A stretch of 64,000 nucleotides of DNA from a bacterium (lineage in GTDB: Bacteria > Armatimonadota > Chthonomonadetes > Chthonomonadales > JAMCWF01). The position numbers and the translations under genes were made by a program. The stretch's first letter is position 1, and every line of letters starts with the position of its first letter. The stretch spans positions 2,354-66,353 of the forward strand of contig JAKBZR010000005.1 of assembly GCA_021842405.1 (NCBI GenBank), read 5' to 3'. Under the pieces are notes generated by a model, which saw only the letters and a program-made list of their open reading frames with translations, was not told where the DNA came from and did no database searches. Of the stretch, positions 53,384 to 62,584 are shown piece after piece.

Positions 53384-54625
53384 ATGAACAAAGGAAAAAT
53401 TGGAGTGGGATGGGCAACCGGCTTGCTCACCCTCACCCTCTTTGCCGGTACCGCGCTCGTCAGCCAGGCTCAGCCCGGCTCCCCCTCGCACTGGAGGGCG
53501 CACCGCCCCCTGATCGTGCGGGGAATGCTTATCGGTCCGCCTCGTCCCGGCGCTCCCTTCATCCAATTCCCGATTCCAAATGCGAGAAAGAGCAACAAGG
53601 GTAAGGGCGGCGGCGGCGGGACCAGCTCCTCGTCCATAGTCTACTACGGCCCTCAATCCATTTGGTACGCTTATAACTATCCATTTACAACATCATCTAT
53701 CGGCTCAAGTAATGACGGCTCCGGCCAAACCATTGCGATCGTGGACGCATACTCTGATCCTTCCATCTTTACAGACCTGTCGGCCTTCGATTCTCACTTC
53801 GGCCTGCCGGATCCCCCATCCTTTGCGATTTTACAGCCGGAAGGAACACCGGCACCTAACAGCAATTGGGCGACCGAGCAGTCGCTGGATGTCGAGTGGG
53901 CCCACGCGATGGCGCCGGGCGCTAACATCGTGCTGGTTGAGGCGACAAGCAGCTCATTGAGCAATCTTCTGAATGCGGTGGCTGCAGCAGTAAAGTCCGG
54001 AGCGAGCGTCGTTTCGATGAGCTGGGGTGGCAGCGAATTTTCCAGTGAAAGTTACTACGATTCATTCTTTAGCGCCAGTGGTGTAAGTTTTGTCGCATCG
54101 TCCGGCGATTCACATGGCGTCTTCTGGCCCGCCGCCTCGCCCGATGTGATCGGCGTCGGCGGCACGACGCTGGATATGAGTGGAAATTCCGTCACCAGCG
54201 AGACGGCTTGGTCCGACAGCGGGGGCGGGTTCAGCTCGTATGAAGCAGAACCCTCATGGCAAGTCAGTTTTGCTGCCACGCCTGATGGTGGGTCGCTTAC
54301 CAAAGATCGCAAACATACACGCGGCGTTCCCGATGTGAGCTACGATGCAAACCCCAATACCGGTTTGCTGATCGTCTATAATGGTACTTGGTACGTGGTG
54401 GGCGGCACCAGTTGCGGCGCGCCTCAGTGGGCGGCGATAATCGCGCTCGCAAACCAGAAGCTTGCTTCAACGACCGTCGGTGGATCGGCGGGATCAGACC
54501 TTTATGGGCTGGCCACCAACGGATATAGCACCTATTTCAGAGATATACTGAATTCAGGCACCGGATATGATCTTTATACCGGGCTGGGAAGCCCCAATGT
54601 CAATCATTTAATTTCCGGATTGTAA
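53384..54625 (+). CDS. Secreted S53 (sedolisin-type) serine peptidase
   Basis: Signal peptide. IAIVDAY, LDVEWAHAMAPGA, SGDSHG and GGTSCGAPQWAA fit the Ser-Glu-Asp sedolisin pattern. Confidence 0.7.
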   Translation: MNKGKIGVGWATGLLTLTLFAGTALVSQAQPGSPSHWRAHRPLIVRGMLIGPPRPGAPFIQFPIPNARKSNKGKGGGGGTSSSSIVYYGPQSIWYAYNYPFTTSSIGSSNDGSGQTIAIVDAYSDPSIFTDLSAFDSHFGLPDPPSFAILQPEGTPAPNSNWATEQSLDVEWAHAMAPGANIVLVEATSSSLSNLLNAVAAAVKSGASVVSMSWGGSEFSSESYYDSFFSASGVSFVASSGDSHGVFWPAASPDVIGVGGTTLDMSGNSVTSETAWSDSGGGFSSYEAEPSWQVSFAATPDGGSLTKDRKHTRGVPDVSYDANPNTGLLIVYNGTWYVVGGTSCGAPQWAAIIALANQKLASTTVGGSAGSDLYGLATNGYSTYFRDILNSGTGYDLYTGLGSPNVNHLISGL

Positions 54626-54769
54626 AATTATGATGACCGGAGAGAGCAAGAAGCTAAAGTAGCTCATTCCAACCGATACCCAGCCGCGCCATCGCCCTGA
54701 TCGCACTCCTCGGCATGCCTGCCTCGAACGACGGTAGGCATGCCGAACTTATACAGGAGCACTAAGCAC

Positions 54770-56320
54770 ATGAGAGGTTGCAACTCCCTGTTCGTGATTG
54801 CCGCGGTTTACCTTTTCCTCACTGCTTCCGGTGAACTGCAAGCGGCCCCCGTTTCGGGCGCCACCGCATTTTCCCAGCTCTACAACCCCCACCTCAATGA
54901 CACTCATATGGTGAATTCGCTGTGGATCGAGACGCCGAAAGACCGGCAGTTTACCACACGGCGCACCGTCACCATCGCCGATATCAAAGGTCCGGGAGTG
55001 ATCACGATGATCCACTTCGCTATGCCGGCCACGCTGCATCTGGGTCGCGAGGTGGTCCTGCGGATTTATTGGGACGATGAAAAGCAACCCAGCGTCGAAG
55101 CGCCGCTGGTGGACTTTTTCTGTGATCCGAACGGCCAGTTGGATCGAGTCAACACCCTGTTCCTAAACAAAAACCGGGGCTGGAACTGTTACTTTCCGAT
55201 GGCGTTTCGGCACCGGGCGCTCATCACTTTGACCAACGATGCGCCCGATCCGGTTGGGCAAGGACTCTGGCAGCTCTCACCTTGCTATGCCTATGTGATC
55301 TGGCATGATGCCCCTAACCTTCCTCACAACGTGCTTTATTTTTGTGCTCACTGGCGTCAGCAGACCTTGCTGCTGGGCAAGCAGGATTACGTGGCGCTGC
55401 GCGCCGCCGGCTCCGGGCGTTTTGTGGGGTGGAATATAACGGTTCGTGGCGTTGCACCGGGGGACATGGGCTATCCGGTGGATGAAAACGAAAAGTATTA
55501 CGTGGATGGCGCGCGAAAATCAACCTTCCAGTTTATGGGACTGGAGGACTCATTCGGGTTTTCATGGGGCTTTCCTGAAAAGGCGAGCCAATTCTTATAT
55601 ACCGGTTGGGATCCCTATTATCAAGGTGCTTCGGCCTACCGGTTTTTTGTGAACGATTCCATCACCTTCCATAAAAGCTTGAGGGTTGCAATTGGTTTCG
55701 GGCCGCGCGATGACCCCTCGTTCCGCAAGATATTCAGCCAGCCGGATCATGTTTTACAGATCAGTAGTTGCTGCTACTGGTATCAGACTGAGCCTCACCT
55801 GGCCTGGGGCAAATTTCCCTCGCTCGCCGAACGCCAACCGGCGCTGGATTTAGCCCAGCAGGTACAATGGGAGAAGAAGGCAAAAAAATATCTTGATAAA
55901 AATGAAACGCTGGCAGTGAATTGCGGTGACCCCAACGATACCATCGAGTTTGCGGATAACGGATGGAACTGCATTTTGTCTCGGGGATACGGCTACAACG
56001 GCTTCCCGCGTAAGGTCACCCACTGCTGGGCTGACTATCATAATTTAAAGGTGACGATCGTTTGTCCAAAGAACGTGCTGGGCATGCTGCGGCTCTACCT
56101 GCTGGACGGCGACCGGTTTATGGGCGGCCGGAAGGAGCGGATTTGGGTGGACGGCCGCGTGATTGGCGATTTCAATGATTTTTATGAGGGGAAATGGGTT
56201 GAAATCCCCATTACGCCGGCGGAAACGGCACGCGGCAGAATTTACATCCGCGCTCAAAACTTGATCCCGAAGAATAATGCGGTGATTTCCGCCATTATTT
56301 TTCAAACCAAAGATCAATAG
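54770..56320 (+). CDS. Secreted DUF2961 / GH172-family glycoside hydrolase with extra C-terminal domain
   Basis: IKGPGVITMIHFAM and CCYWYQTEPH parallel the paralog at 288-1379. The start was moved to ATG 54770, which gives a signal peptide, because the 54740 ATG is buried in a 12-bp hairpin. Confidence 0.7.
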   Translation: MRGCNSLFVIAAVYLFLTASGELQAAPVSGATAFSQLYNPHLNDTHMVNSLWIETPKDRQFTTRRTVTIADIKGPGVITMIHFAMPATLHLGREVVLRIYWDDEKQPSVEAPLVDFFCDPNGQLDRVNTLFLNKNRGWNCYFPMAFRHRALITLTNDAPDPVGQGLWQLSPCYAYVIWHDAPNLPHNVLYFCAHWRQQTLLLGKQDYVALRAAGSGRFVGWNITVRGVAPGDMGYPVDENEKYYVDGARKSTFQFMGLEDSFGFSWGFPEKASQFLYTGWDPYYQGASAYRFFVNDSITFHKSLRVAIGFGPRDDPSFRKIFSQPDHVLQISSCCYWYQTEPHLAWGKFPSLAERQPALDLAQQVQWEKKAKKYLDKNETLAVNCGDPNDTIEFADNGWNCILSRGYGYNGFPRKVTHCWADYHNLKVTIVCPKNVLGMLRLYLLDGDRFMGGRKERIWVDGRVIGDFNDFYEGKWVEIPITPAETARGRIYIRAQNLIPKNNAVISAIIFQTKDQ

Positions 56321-56671
56321 TCGAGATGGACCTAATTCTTGGCTCAATAGCCCATTTACTTTTTGGGACAGGTCCGCTAATTCAAAAGCGGACATTCGAG
56401 CGTTCAGAAAGGGAACAAAACAATGCCAAATAGCCAATGATCTGCCTGCTGCGGGCAGGCGTCGAACCTTCTCGGCTACACTAGCACCGGCCGAGATTGA
56501 GTGGCATGTCCGAGCCCAGTCGGGCAATGGGAACAACAGGTCATATCATAAAAAATGCCAAAAAGCGGTCCAAAAAAAATCGATCGGGGTGCAGATTGAG
56601 TTTAATCTTCAACGCATATTGAATATAATTTGGGTGATTGGATTTAAAACGTACAGGAAGGATATTTAACG

Positions 56672-57637
56672 ATGCCGCGAGCAGTGGTTACCGGCGGGGC
56701 CGGATTTCTCGGATCGCATCTTTGCGATCGGCTTATCAGCGATGGCTACGATGTGGTCGTTTTGGATAACTTGATAACGGGCAGTACCGATAATATCGTC
56801 CACCTTATGGGCAATCCTCACTTTCGATTTATCAAATACGACGTCACCGAGTATCTTTTTGTGGATGGTAAGGTGGACGTCATTTTTCATCTCGCCTCGC
56901 CGGCCAGTCCCATAGATTTCCCCACCCGCCCCATTCAAATTTTAAAGGTAAATGCGCTGGGCACTCACAAGGCGCTGGGTTTGGCTCGATCGAAGAGCGC
57001 TCGATTTTTCTTGGCATCAACTTCAGAGGTTTACGGCGATCCTTTGATGCATCCCCAGGTTGAGGAGTACTGGGGGAATGTCAATCCGGTCGGAGTACGC
57101 GGCGTGTATGACGAATCGAAGCGGTTTGCCGAGTCGATCACAATGGCCTATCACCGCACCCATGGAGTTGATACCAAGATCGTCCGCATCTTTAACACCT
57201 ACGGGCCGCGGATGAGGCTGGACGATGGCCGCGTGGTGCCCAATTTTATTGGCCAGGCGCTTCGTAACGAGCCGATTACCGTTTATGGCAACGGCTCTCA
57301 AACCCGCTCATTTTGTTACTGTAGCGACCTCATTGATGGCTTTATTCGGCTCGCCAATTCCAATGAGGCTGGCCCGATCAACATCGGCAATCCAACCGAG
57401 CGGACGATCATGGAATTTGCGCAGGAGATCAAACGGCTGACCGGTAGCTCCAGCGAGATTGTGATGGTGCCGTTACCGACGGCAGACGACCCTAAACAGA
57501 GACGGCCCGATATAACGAAAGCACGCACTCTTTTGAATTGGGAGCCGAAGGTGTCGCTGGAAGATGGCCTTCTCAAGACGATTGCCTACTTCCAGGAGGC
57601 CGTCAAGAAAGCGGGAAACGGTTCGCGATCACATTAG
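56672..57637 (+). CDS. UDP-glucuronate decarboxylase (UDP-xylose synthase), SDR family
   Basis: [41 protein letters not shown] and similarity along the full length to UXS-type enzymes. Confidence 0.8.
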   Translation: MPRAVVTGGAGFLGSHLCDRLISDGYDVVVLDNLITGSTDNIVHLMGNPHFRFIKYDVTEYLFVDGKVDVIFHLASPASPIDFPTRPIQILKVNALGTHKALGLARSKSARFFLASTSEVYGDPLMHPQVEEYWGNVNPVGVRGVYDESKRFAESITMAYHRTHGVDTKIVRIFNTYGPRMRLDDGRVVPNFIGQALRNEPITVYGNGSQTRSFCYCSDLIDGFIRLANSNEAGPINIGNPTERTIMEFAQEIKRLTGSSSEIVMVPLPTADDPKQRRPDITKARTLLNWEPKVSLEDGLLKTIAYFQEAVKKAGNGSRSH

Positions 57638-57656
57638 TTTTTGCCGGATACAATCC

Positions 57657-57788
57657 GGCTTGTTGCTCCATTCTCTATTGGCAAACCTTCTTAGGTCGGC
57701 TGCCGAGAAAGCTCAGGTATTAGTAGCAACTCAGTCTGTTACGCTGGTGAATCAATTTGAACCTTTACAGGTGTATGTCGTAGAGAGA
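57657..57788 (+). pseudogene. Relic of the C-terminus of an AAA_15/AAA_21-type (abortive-infection-like) ATPase
   Basis: GLLLHSLLANLLRSAAEKAQVLVATQSVTLVNQFEPLQVYVVER resembles the ..GLHP.l...L......QvivtTHSP.l...l.p..v.vveR ending of these ATPases. There is no upstream part (the UXS gene ends at 57637), and the downstream side abuts a MITE terminus. Confidence 0.35.
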
Positions 57789-57800
57789 ACTGAACTCTTA
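57783..57800. repeat. Solo MITE terminus
   Basis: agagaactgaactcttac matches the right terminal inverted repeat (compare 17387-17405). Confidence 0.5.
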
Positions 57801-57888
57801 CACTCACCGGTTTTTTAAGCGTTCAAGGGTACTATTGGGAGTAGCTTAAACATTATAAGATAAGATCAATTTCCAGAAAGTTGAGTGC

Positions 57889-58734
57889 ATGAAAAATAAA
57901 ACAAGTCTCCCATATTCTTGGGGTAGTCGGGCGCGAGTGCTGGTCTGGGGGCTACTGGCTCTCACTATCCCGACTGTCTCTCGAGCCTCCATCCATCAAC
58001 TGGCCGACCTAAATCTACTTCCCCCAACTGCTGCCAATTTACACATGACACCGTCATTCGTTGAACGGCCATCCGCGCACCTGCTTCCTGTCCGCCTGGT
58101 TCTATCCTGTTCAAATTACCGAAAAAAGAGGGCGTCCAAGGGAAACGGGTTGGATTTCGGCGCCGCGCCGCAGACAAAGCCGGTGCTCATTGGATTAACC
58201 GCGGCAGGTGTTATCTTGCTGCCGTTTGGTGAAATTATTCGGAATTGGAGCGTGTCGCACTGGCAAGGAAGCTTCTGGCATCAGGCGGCGCAATTTGGCA
58301 ATACGGTGGGTTCGACCGGCGGAATCGCCGCCTTGCTTGCCACCTATACGTTTGGCAAGCATTACGATCGCCGTACCTCGATCATCGCGATGTCAGCCGT
58401 CGCCGATGCCTTTTTGACTACCTATGCGATTAAATTGGTCGCCGGCGCCAACCGGCCGGACACCGGCGATGATGAGGTATTTCGCGGCCCCTTGAGGGGA
58501 ACCTCATTCCCCTCTGGCCATACCTCCTTCGCATTTGCAATGGCCACCGTCTATGGAGCCCGTTATCCTCATGCGAAGTGGCTCTTTTATGCGCTTGCCA
58601 GTTGGGTAGGGCTGTCCCGCATTGAGAGCAACCATCACTTCCTCAGTGATGTGCTGGTCGGCGCCGGTATCGGCATCAATTCCGGGCAGATGGCGCTGGA
58701 TGGTCGCTTCAACATGCTCAGATGGCGTTTTTAA
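57889..58734 (+). CDS. PAP2-family membrane phosphatase
   Basis: FPSGHTSFAF and SRIESNHHFLSDVLVGAGIG motifs, plus a signal/TM segment. Confidence 0.7.
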   Translation: MKNKTSLPYSWGSRARVLVWGLLALTIPTVSRASIHQLADLNLLPPTAANLHMTPSFVERPSAHLLPVRLVLSCSNYRKKRASKGNGLDFGAAPQTKPVLIGLTAAGVILLPFGEIIRNWSVSHWQGSFWHQAAQFGNTVGSTGGIAALLATYTFGKHYDRRTSIIAMSAVADAFLTTYAIKLVAGANRPDTGDDEVFRGPLRGTSFPSGHTSFAFAMATVYGARYPHAKWLFYALASWVGLSRIESNHHFLSDVLVGAGIGINSGQMALDGRFNMLRWRF

Positions 58735-58873
58735 CCTCGATGGGATGATATGTGGTAGTTTACCAGGGAAATTATTTTGAGTCAGATAGATCGGATGGAT
58801 AAAATTACTCATTCAGTGCAATAGCCGATCTAAAGTAGCTGTTTTGCGGTAGGTAGATGGCGAGGGGAGTCCG

Positions 58874-59554
58874 ATGCGGGTACTGGTAGTGGAAGACGAA
58901 AAGAAGGTCGCCGCCTTCGTGGCTCAAGGGCTGAGGGAGCAGAGTTATGCGGTGGACATAGCGCCCGATGGGGAGATGGCGCTCGATCTGGCCGCCATTG
59001 TGGATTACGATTTAATCATATTGGATGTCATGCTGCCCGGTATAGACGGCGTTGCGGTTTGCCAGCGCCTTCGAGATCGAAAGTCGCCGGTGCCCGTTTT
59101 AATGCTCACTGCCCGGGATGCGGTGGAGGACAGGGTCATTGGTCTGGATTCGGGAGCTGACGATTACCTCACGAAACCCTTTTCTTTTGTCGAGTTGTTG
59201 GCAAGGGTGCGAGCACTGATCCGCAGATCACCATCTCCACCCGTTGCGAAGCTGGTGGTCGAAGATTTGCAGCTCGATCCGATCACGCGGCGGGTATCAC
59301 GAGCAGGTAAGCCCATTCATCTCTCGGCGCGTGAGTTCGCACTGTTGGAGTATTTAATGCGCCACGCCTACCAGGTGATACCGCGCACGGTATTGATGGC
59401 GCACGTCTGGGAATTTGATTTCGAGGGCGGCACCAACGTGCTGGAGGTCTATGTCAACTATCTCCGTAATAAGGTGGATCGCAGCTTCGGAAAGAGATTG
59501 CTTCACACCGTTCGGGGGGTGGGTTATCGCCTAGGGGATGAGGATGCGCTTTAG
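58874..59554 (+). CDS. OmpR-family response regulator
   Basis: The receiver domain reads MRVLVVEDE...DLIILDVMLPGIDG. The winged-helix output domain reads LSAREFALLEYLM...VRGVGYRL. Confidence 0.9.
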   Translation: MRVLVVEDEKKVAAFVAQGLREQSYAVDIAPDGEMALDLAAIVDYDLIILDVMLPGIDGVAVCQRLRDRKSPVPVLMLTARDAVEDRVIGLDSGADDYLTKPFSFVELLARVRALIRRSPSPPVAKLVVEDLQLDPITRRVSRAGKPIHLSAREFALLEYLMRHAYQVIPRTVLMAHVWEFDFEGGTNVLEVYVNYLRNKVDRSFGKRLLHTVRGVGYRLGDEDAL

Positions 59555-60974
59555 GAGCGCCCGATTTCACTTGACCACCGTTTTTGTGCTCACATTGGGA
59601 CTTATATTGTCTTGCGGCGCAGGAACCTTTTATCTGTGGACCTGGCATAATGAACGATCCCAGTTAGACCTGCTACTAAAGATAACGGCATCCGATACGG
59701 CCACTGCATTTCGGGAGAATGAGCCGGATTTTGATATACAAGAGATTGCCGGTCAACACCTCCAACAGCAGACCACCACTCCGGTGCGCGCCCTCGACCT
59801 GGCAATCCGCGATGTAAATGGGCGTATTCTAAGGCACTCCCACGGGTTTAATCTCTTTATTTCCAACTCCGACCCCTCGGTAAGGCGGGCGTTGAGCCGC
59901 TTTCAGCCGAGCTATGAGACGCTGGGGCATGGGGAGGAGGCCGTCCGGCTCTTAAATTACCCAGTGCGTTTAGATGGGAATCGAGGGGTGGTTTTGATTG
60001 AAGCGGCCGCCCCTTCCGATCCGGTTGAGGATTCGCTCCTGAGATTGGGTGAAACGCTGGCCGCCGGCGTCATTGTGGCACTCATGGCGGCTGGAACCGG
60101 AGCGTGGATCGTGGTCGGCCGTACGCTTCGTCCCATTGATCAACTGGCAATGGATGCACAACGCATCTCCTCGCATAACCTGCACGAACGGCTGGCCGCC
60201 ACTGAAACGGACAGCGAAATCGGGCGTCTGGTGTCAACGCTTAACGACATGGTATCACGATTGGAGGTGTCGTTCGAGAGCCAACGACGCTTCACGGCCG
60301 ATGCATCCCACGAACTTAGAACCCCATTAACCATCTTGCGAGGTCAGATTGAAGTCGCATTAGCGCGGGCAAGATCGGTGGAAGAGTATCAGGCAGTAAT
60401 CCGGAGTGCGTCGGAAGAGATAGATCGAATGGATTGCATTGTAAACGATTTACTAATGCTGGCACGCGCTGATGCGGGACAAGTTGCACTGGAATTGGAA
60501 CCGGTGGCGCTCGATCAGGTTTGCCAAACGGTGGTGGATCATTTCGCCCAATTGGCTGCTCACAAACACCAGTCCCTTGAAGCGGTTAAATTGGAGCGGG
60601 TGGTGATGATCGGCGATGCATCACGGTTGCATCGGATGGTGAGCAACTTGGTGGATAACGCGATTAAATATACCGCCGATGGTGGTGCGATTTGCTTGGA
60701 GTTGCAGCAGGATAAAGCGAATGCACAATTGAAAGTTAAGGATACCGGATGCGGGATGCCCGAGCCTCAAATTAATAGGATATTTGAACGATTTTACCGC
60801 ATTGATAAGGGGCGTTCCCGCGATTTGGGCGGCAGCGGTCTTGGTTTGGCGATCGTTCACTGGATTGCGGAGGCGCATCACGGCGCCATTCAAGTGGAAA
60901 GCAAGCCGGGTCATGGCAGCGCGTTCACCGTCACGCTGCCATTGGTGCCGCCCGGTGATATTTCCGAATTATGA
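59538..60974 (+). CDS. Sensor histidine kinase (TM-periplasmic-TM, HAMP, HisKA, HATPase_c)
   Basis: The H-box is ADASHELRTPLT, and the N, G1 and G2 boxes are DNAIKYT, DTGCGM and GGSGLGLAIV. It overlaps the regulator gene by 17 nt. Confidence 0.85.
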   Translation: MRMRFRSARFHLTTVFVLTLGLILSCGAGTFYLWTWHNERSQLDLLLKITASDTATAFRENEPDFDIQEIAGQHLQQQTTTPVRALDLAIRDVNGRILRHSHGFNLFISNSDPSVRRALSRFQPSYETLGHGEEAVRLLNYPVRLDGNRGVVLIEAAAPSDPVEDSLLRLGETLAAGVIVALMAAGTGAWIVVGRTLRPIDQLAMDAQRISSHNLHERLAATETDSEIGRLVSTLNDMVSRLEVSFESQRRFTADASHELRTPLTILRGQIEVALARARSVEEYQAVIRSASEEIDRMDCIVNDLLMLARADAGQVALELEPVALDQVCQTVVDHFAQLAAHKHQSLEAVKLERVVMIGDASRLHRMVSNLVDNAIKYTADGGAICLELQQDKANAQLKVKDTGCGMPEPQINRIFERFYRIDKGRSRDLGGSGLGLAIVHWIAEAHHGAIQVESKPGHGSAFTVTLPLVPPGDISEL

Positions 60975-61008
60975 TAAAATACTGAGTACCAATTAAGGAG
61001 GGATTAGT

Positions 61009-62346
61009 ATGTGCTATAAGTGGCTTATCGGCGCCATTGTAATCGGATTCATCGTGTTATCCGGGTTGGTGGTGAATGCGGCTCCGGCTACCGCTCCAAC
61101 GCCTACGGCCATCTCGCTCCGCGCTTCCAACACAACCGTGCCGGAAGGGGATATTGTAGCCTTTACTGCCATCGCAACCGACGCGTCAAATAAGCGGGTT
61201 CCCGGCGTCCAACTGCAATCGCTGATGGATGGAAAGCCCTGGTGCGGCCCCTATACAACCAACGATTTCGGCGTCGTTCGTTTCGTGCTGCCGATGCCGG
61301 AGACCGGCGCCCATTCTATCCGGGTGGCGGCCGGTGATCTCAACTCACCCAGCATTGAAATTCAGGTGACTCCTCGCCACTTTCATATCATCACCGATCC
61401 GAATCATCTTGTGGGGATGGATTGGGAAACATGGTTCGGACCTGGATATGCTCAGTGGGGTCATCAGGAAGCGACACCGATATTGGGCGAATACTCTTCA
61501 CTCGACCCGCGGGTTCTCCGGCAGCAGACTCTGTGGATGAACGATTTGGGCATCAATTTCGTGCAGCTCGACTGGAGCAACAATTTGAACGGGCCATGGC
61601 CGACACCGGTTGCAAAAGAGATGCGTGACGCCACCAACCTCGTATGCGACCTCTATCTCACCATGCCTCAGCACCCCAAGATCGTCCTGCTGGTCGGTCC
61701 TGACCACGGGCAGTGGGGGACATCCAACTTTATGAAGGAAGTGGATTACATTTGGAGCCACTACATGGAGAACCCCCGTTATCGAAAGCTGTTTATCACC
61801 TATCTGGGCAAACCGTTGCTGGATGTCTATATGGGAGGGCCGACCACTAATCCGCCGCCAAAATGGAGCGATCCTCGATTTACGATCCGTTACGTGAATG
61901 CCTGGCTGGAGACGGTGCACGGCGCGAAGTACGGCTACTGGTCTTGGTATGACCGCGTTCCACAGGTCACCAGGTACCAGGGGAAGCCGGAAGCGATGAC
62001 GGCGGTGTTCGGCTATCCGGGCAACATCTCCGATCCCGCCAGCGGCAACTATGAATCGCCCGACGCCGACGGACATGATTACGGCGTCACCTTCCGAAAC
62101 CAGTGGCGAAGGATCATGGCGGCAAAACCCCGCTTCGCCTTCATCTGCCAGTGGAACGAATTCGAGCCGCCTGACGAGTGGTCGCAAAATATGAGTAATG
62201 ACATGGAGCCCACGCTCCATCGGGGATTCGGGAATCGCGGTGACGGCGGCTGGGGATTTGAGTACTACTGGCTTTGCCGGCATGAAATCCGGAAGTACCA
62301 AGAGGCGTTGGGCAACATCAAGGTGACACGGCGTTTTGCCCACTAA
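61009..62346 (+). CDS. Secreted protein: Ig-like domain plus TIM-barrel-like glycoside-hydrolase-like domain (family unresolved)
   Basis: Signal peptide. The Big-like segment is SLRASNTTVPEGDIVAFTAIATD. FVQLDWSNN and FICQWNEFEPPDEW are reminiscent of GH71/GH99-like folds. Confidence 0.45.
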   Translation: MCYKWLIGAIVIGFIVLSGLVVNAAPATAPTPTAISLRASNTTVPEGDIVAFTAIATDASNKRVPGVQLQSLMDGKPWCGPYTTNDFGVVRFVLPMPETGAHSIRVAAGDLNSPSIEIQVTPRHFHIITDPNHLVGMDWETWFGPGYAQWGHQEATPILGEYSSLDPRVLRQQTLWMNDLGINFVQLDWSNNLNGPWPTPVAKEMRDATNLVCDLYLTMPQHPKIVLLVGPDHGQWGTSNFMKEVDYIWSHYMENPRYRKLFITYLGKPLLDVYMGGPTTNPPPKWSDPRFTIRYVNAWLETVHGAKYGYWSWYDRVPQVTRYQGKPEAMTAVFGYPGNISDPASGNYESPDADGHDYGVTFRNQWRRIMAAKPRFAFICQWNEFEPPDEWSQNMSNDMEPTLHRGFGNRGDGGWGFEYYWLCRHEIRKYQEALGNIKVTRRFAH

Positions 62347-62584
62347 TGAAACACGGGCAGAGTTGTATATCAGCCAGGTGGAAAGAGTTCAGTTACCTGG
62401 TTATTTTGAGGGCAAAGCGAAAAATTTTTCAAAAGAGGAGATATCGAGGTTATCGGGTTCAAAGCCAGCGTGAATAAAGCCGAATACACAAAAAGAGGAG
62501 ATGCGACCTCGTAAGCGTTGCCGGAGATCGTATAGCCGTTCCCCTATGGGTTGTCCATAAATGGGAGGGCAGAAGGTTGTATCA

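Noticed and set aside
54712-54744. ATG at 54740 as the start of the second DUF2961 gene.
   Set aside because: That ATG sits inside the right arm of a 12-bp hairpin (ggcatgcctgcc / ggtaggcatgcc). The ATG at 54770 has an aggag 10 nt upstream and yields a normal signal peptide, so I used 54770. The hairpin itself has no T-run and I did not call it a terminator.
56581-56671. Sigma-70-type promoter upstream of the UXS gene (tataat at 56624-56629, ttgagt at 56596-56601).
   Set aside because: The spacing between the hexamers is about 22 nt, too long for a canonical promoter. An extended -10 reading is marginal, so I did not report it as a feature.
57564-57818. The 84-aa track ORF taken as a real gene.
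   Set aside because: Its first ~30 codons overlap the 3' end of the UXS gene in another frame, and its end is a MITE terminus. Only the middle part has meaning, as a relic (reported as a pseudogene).
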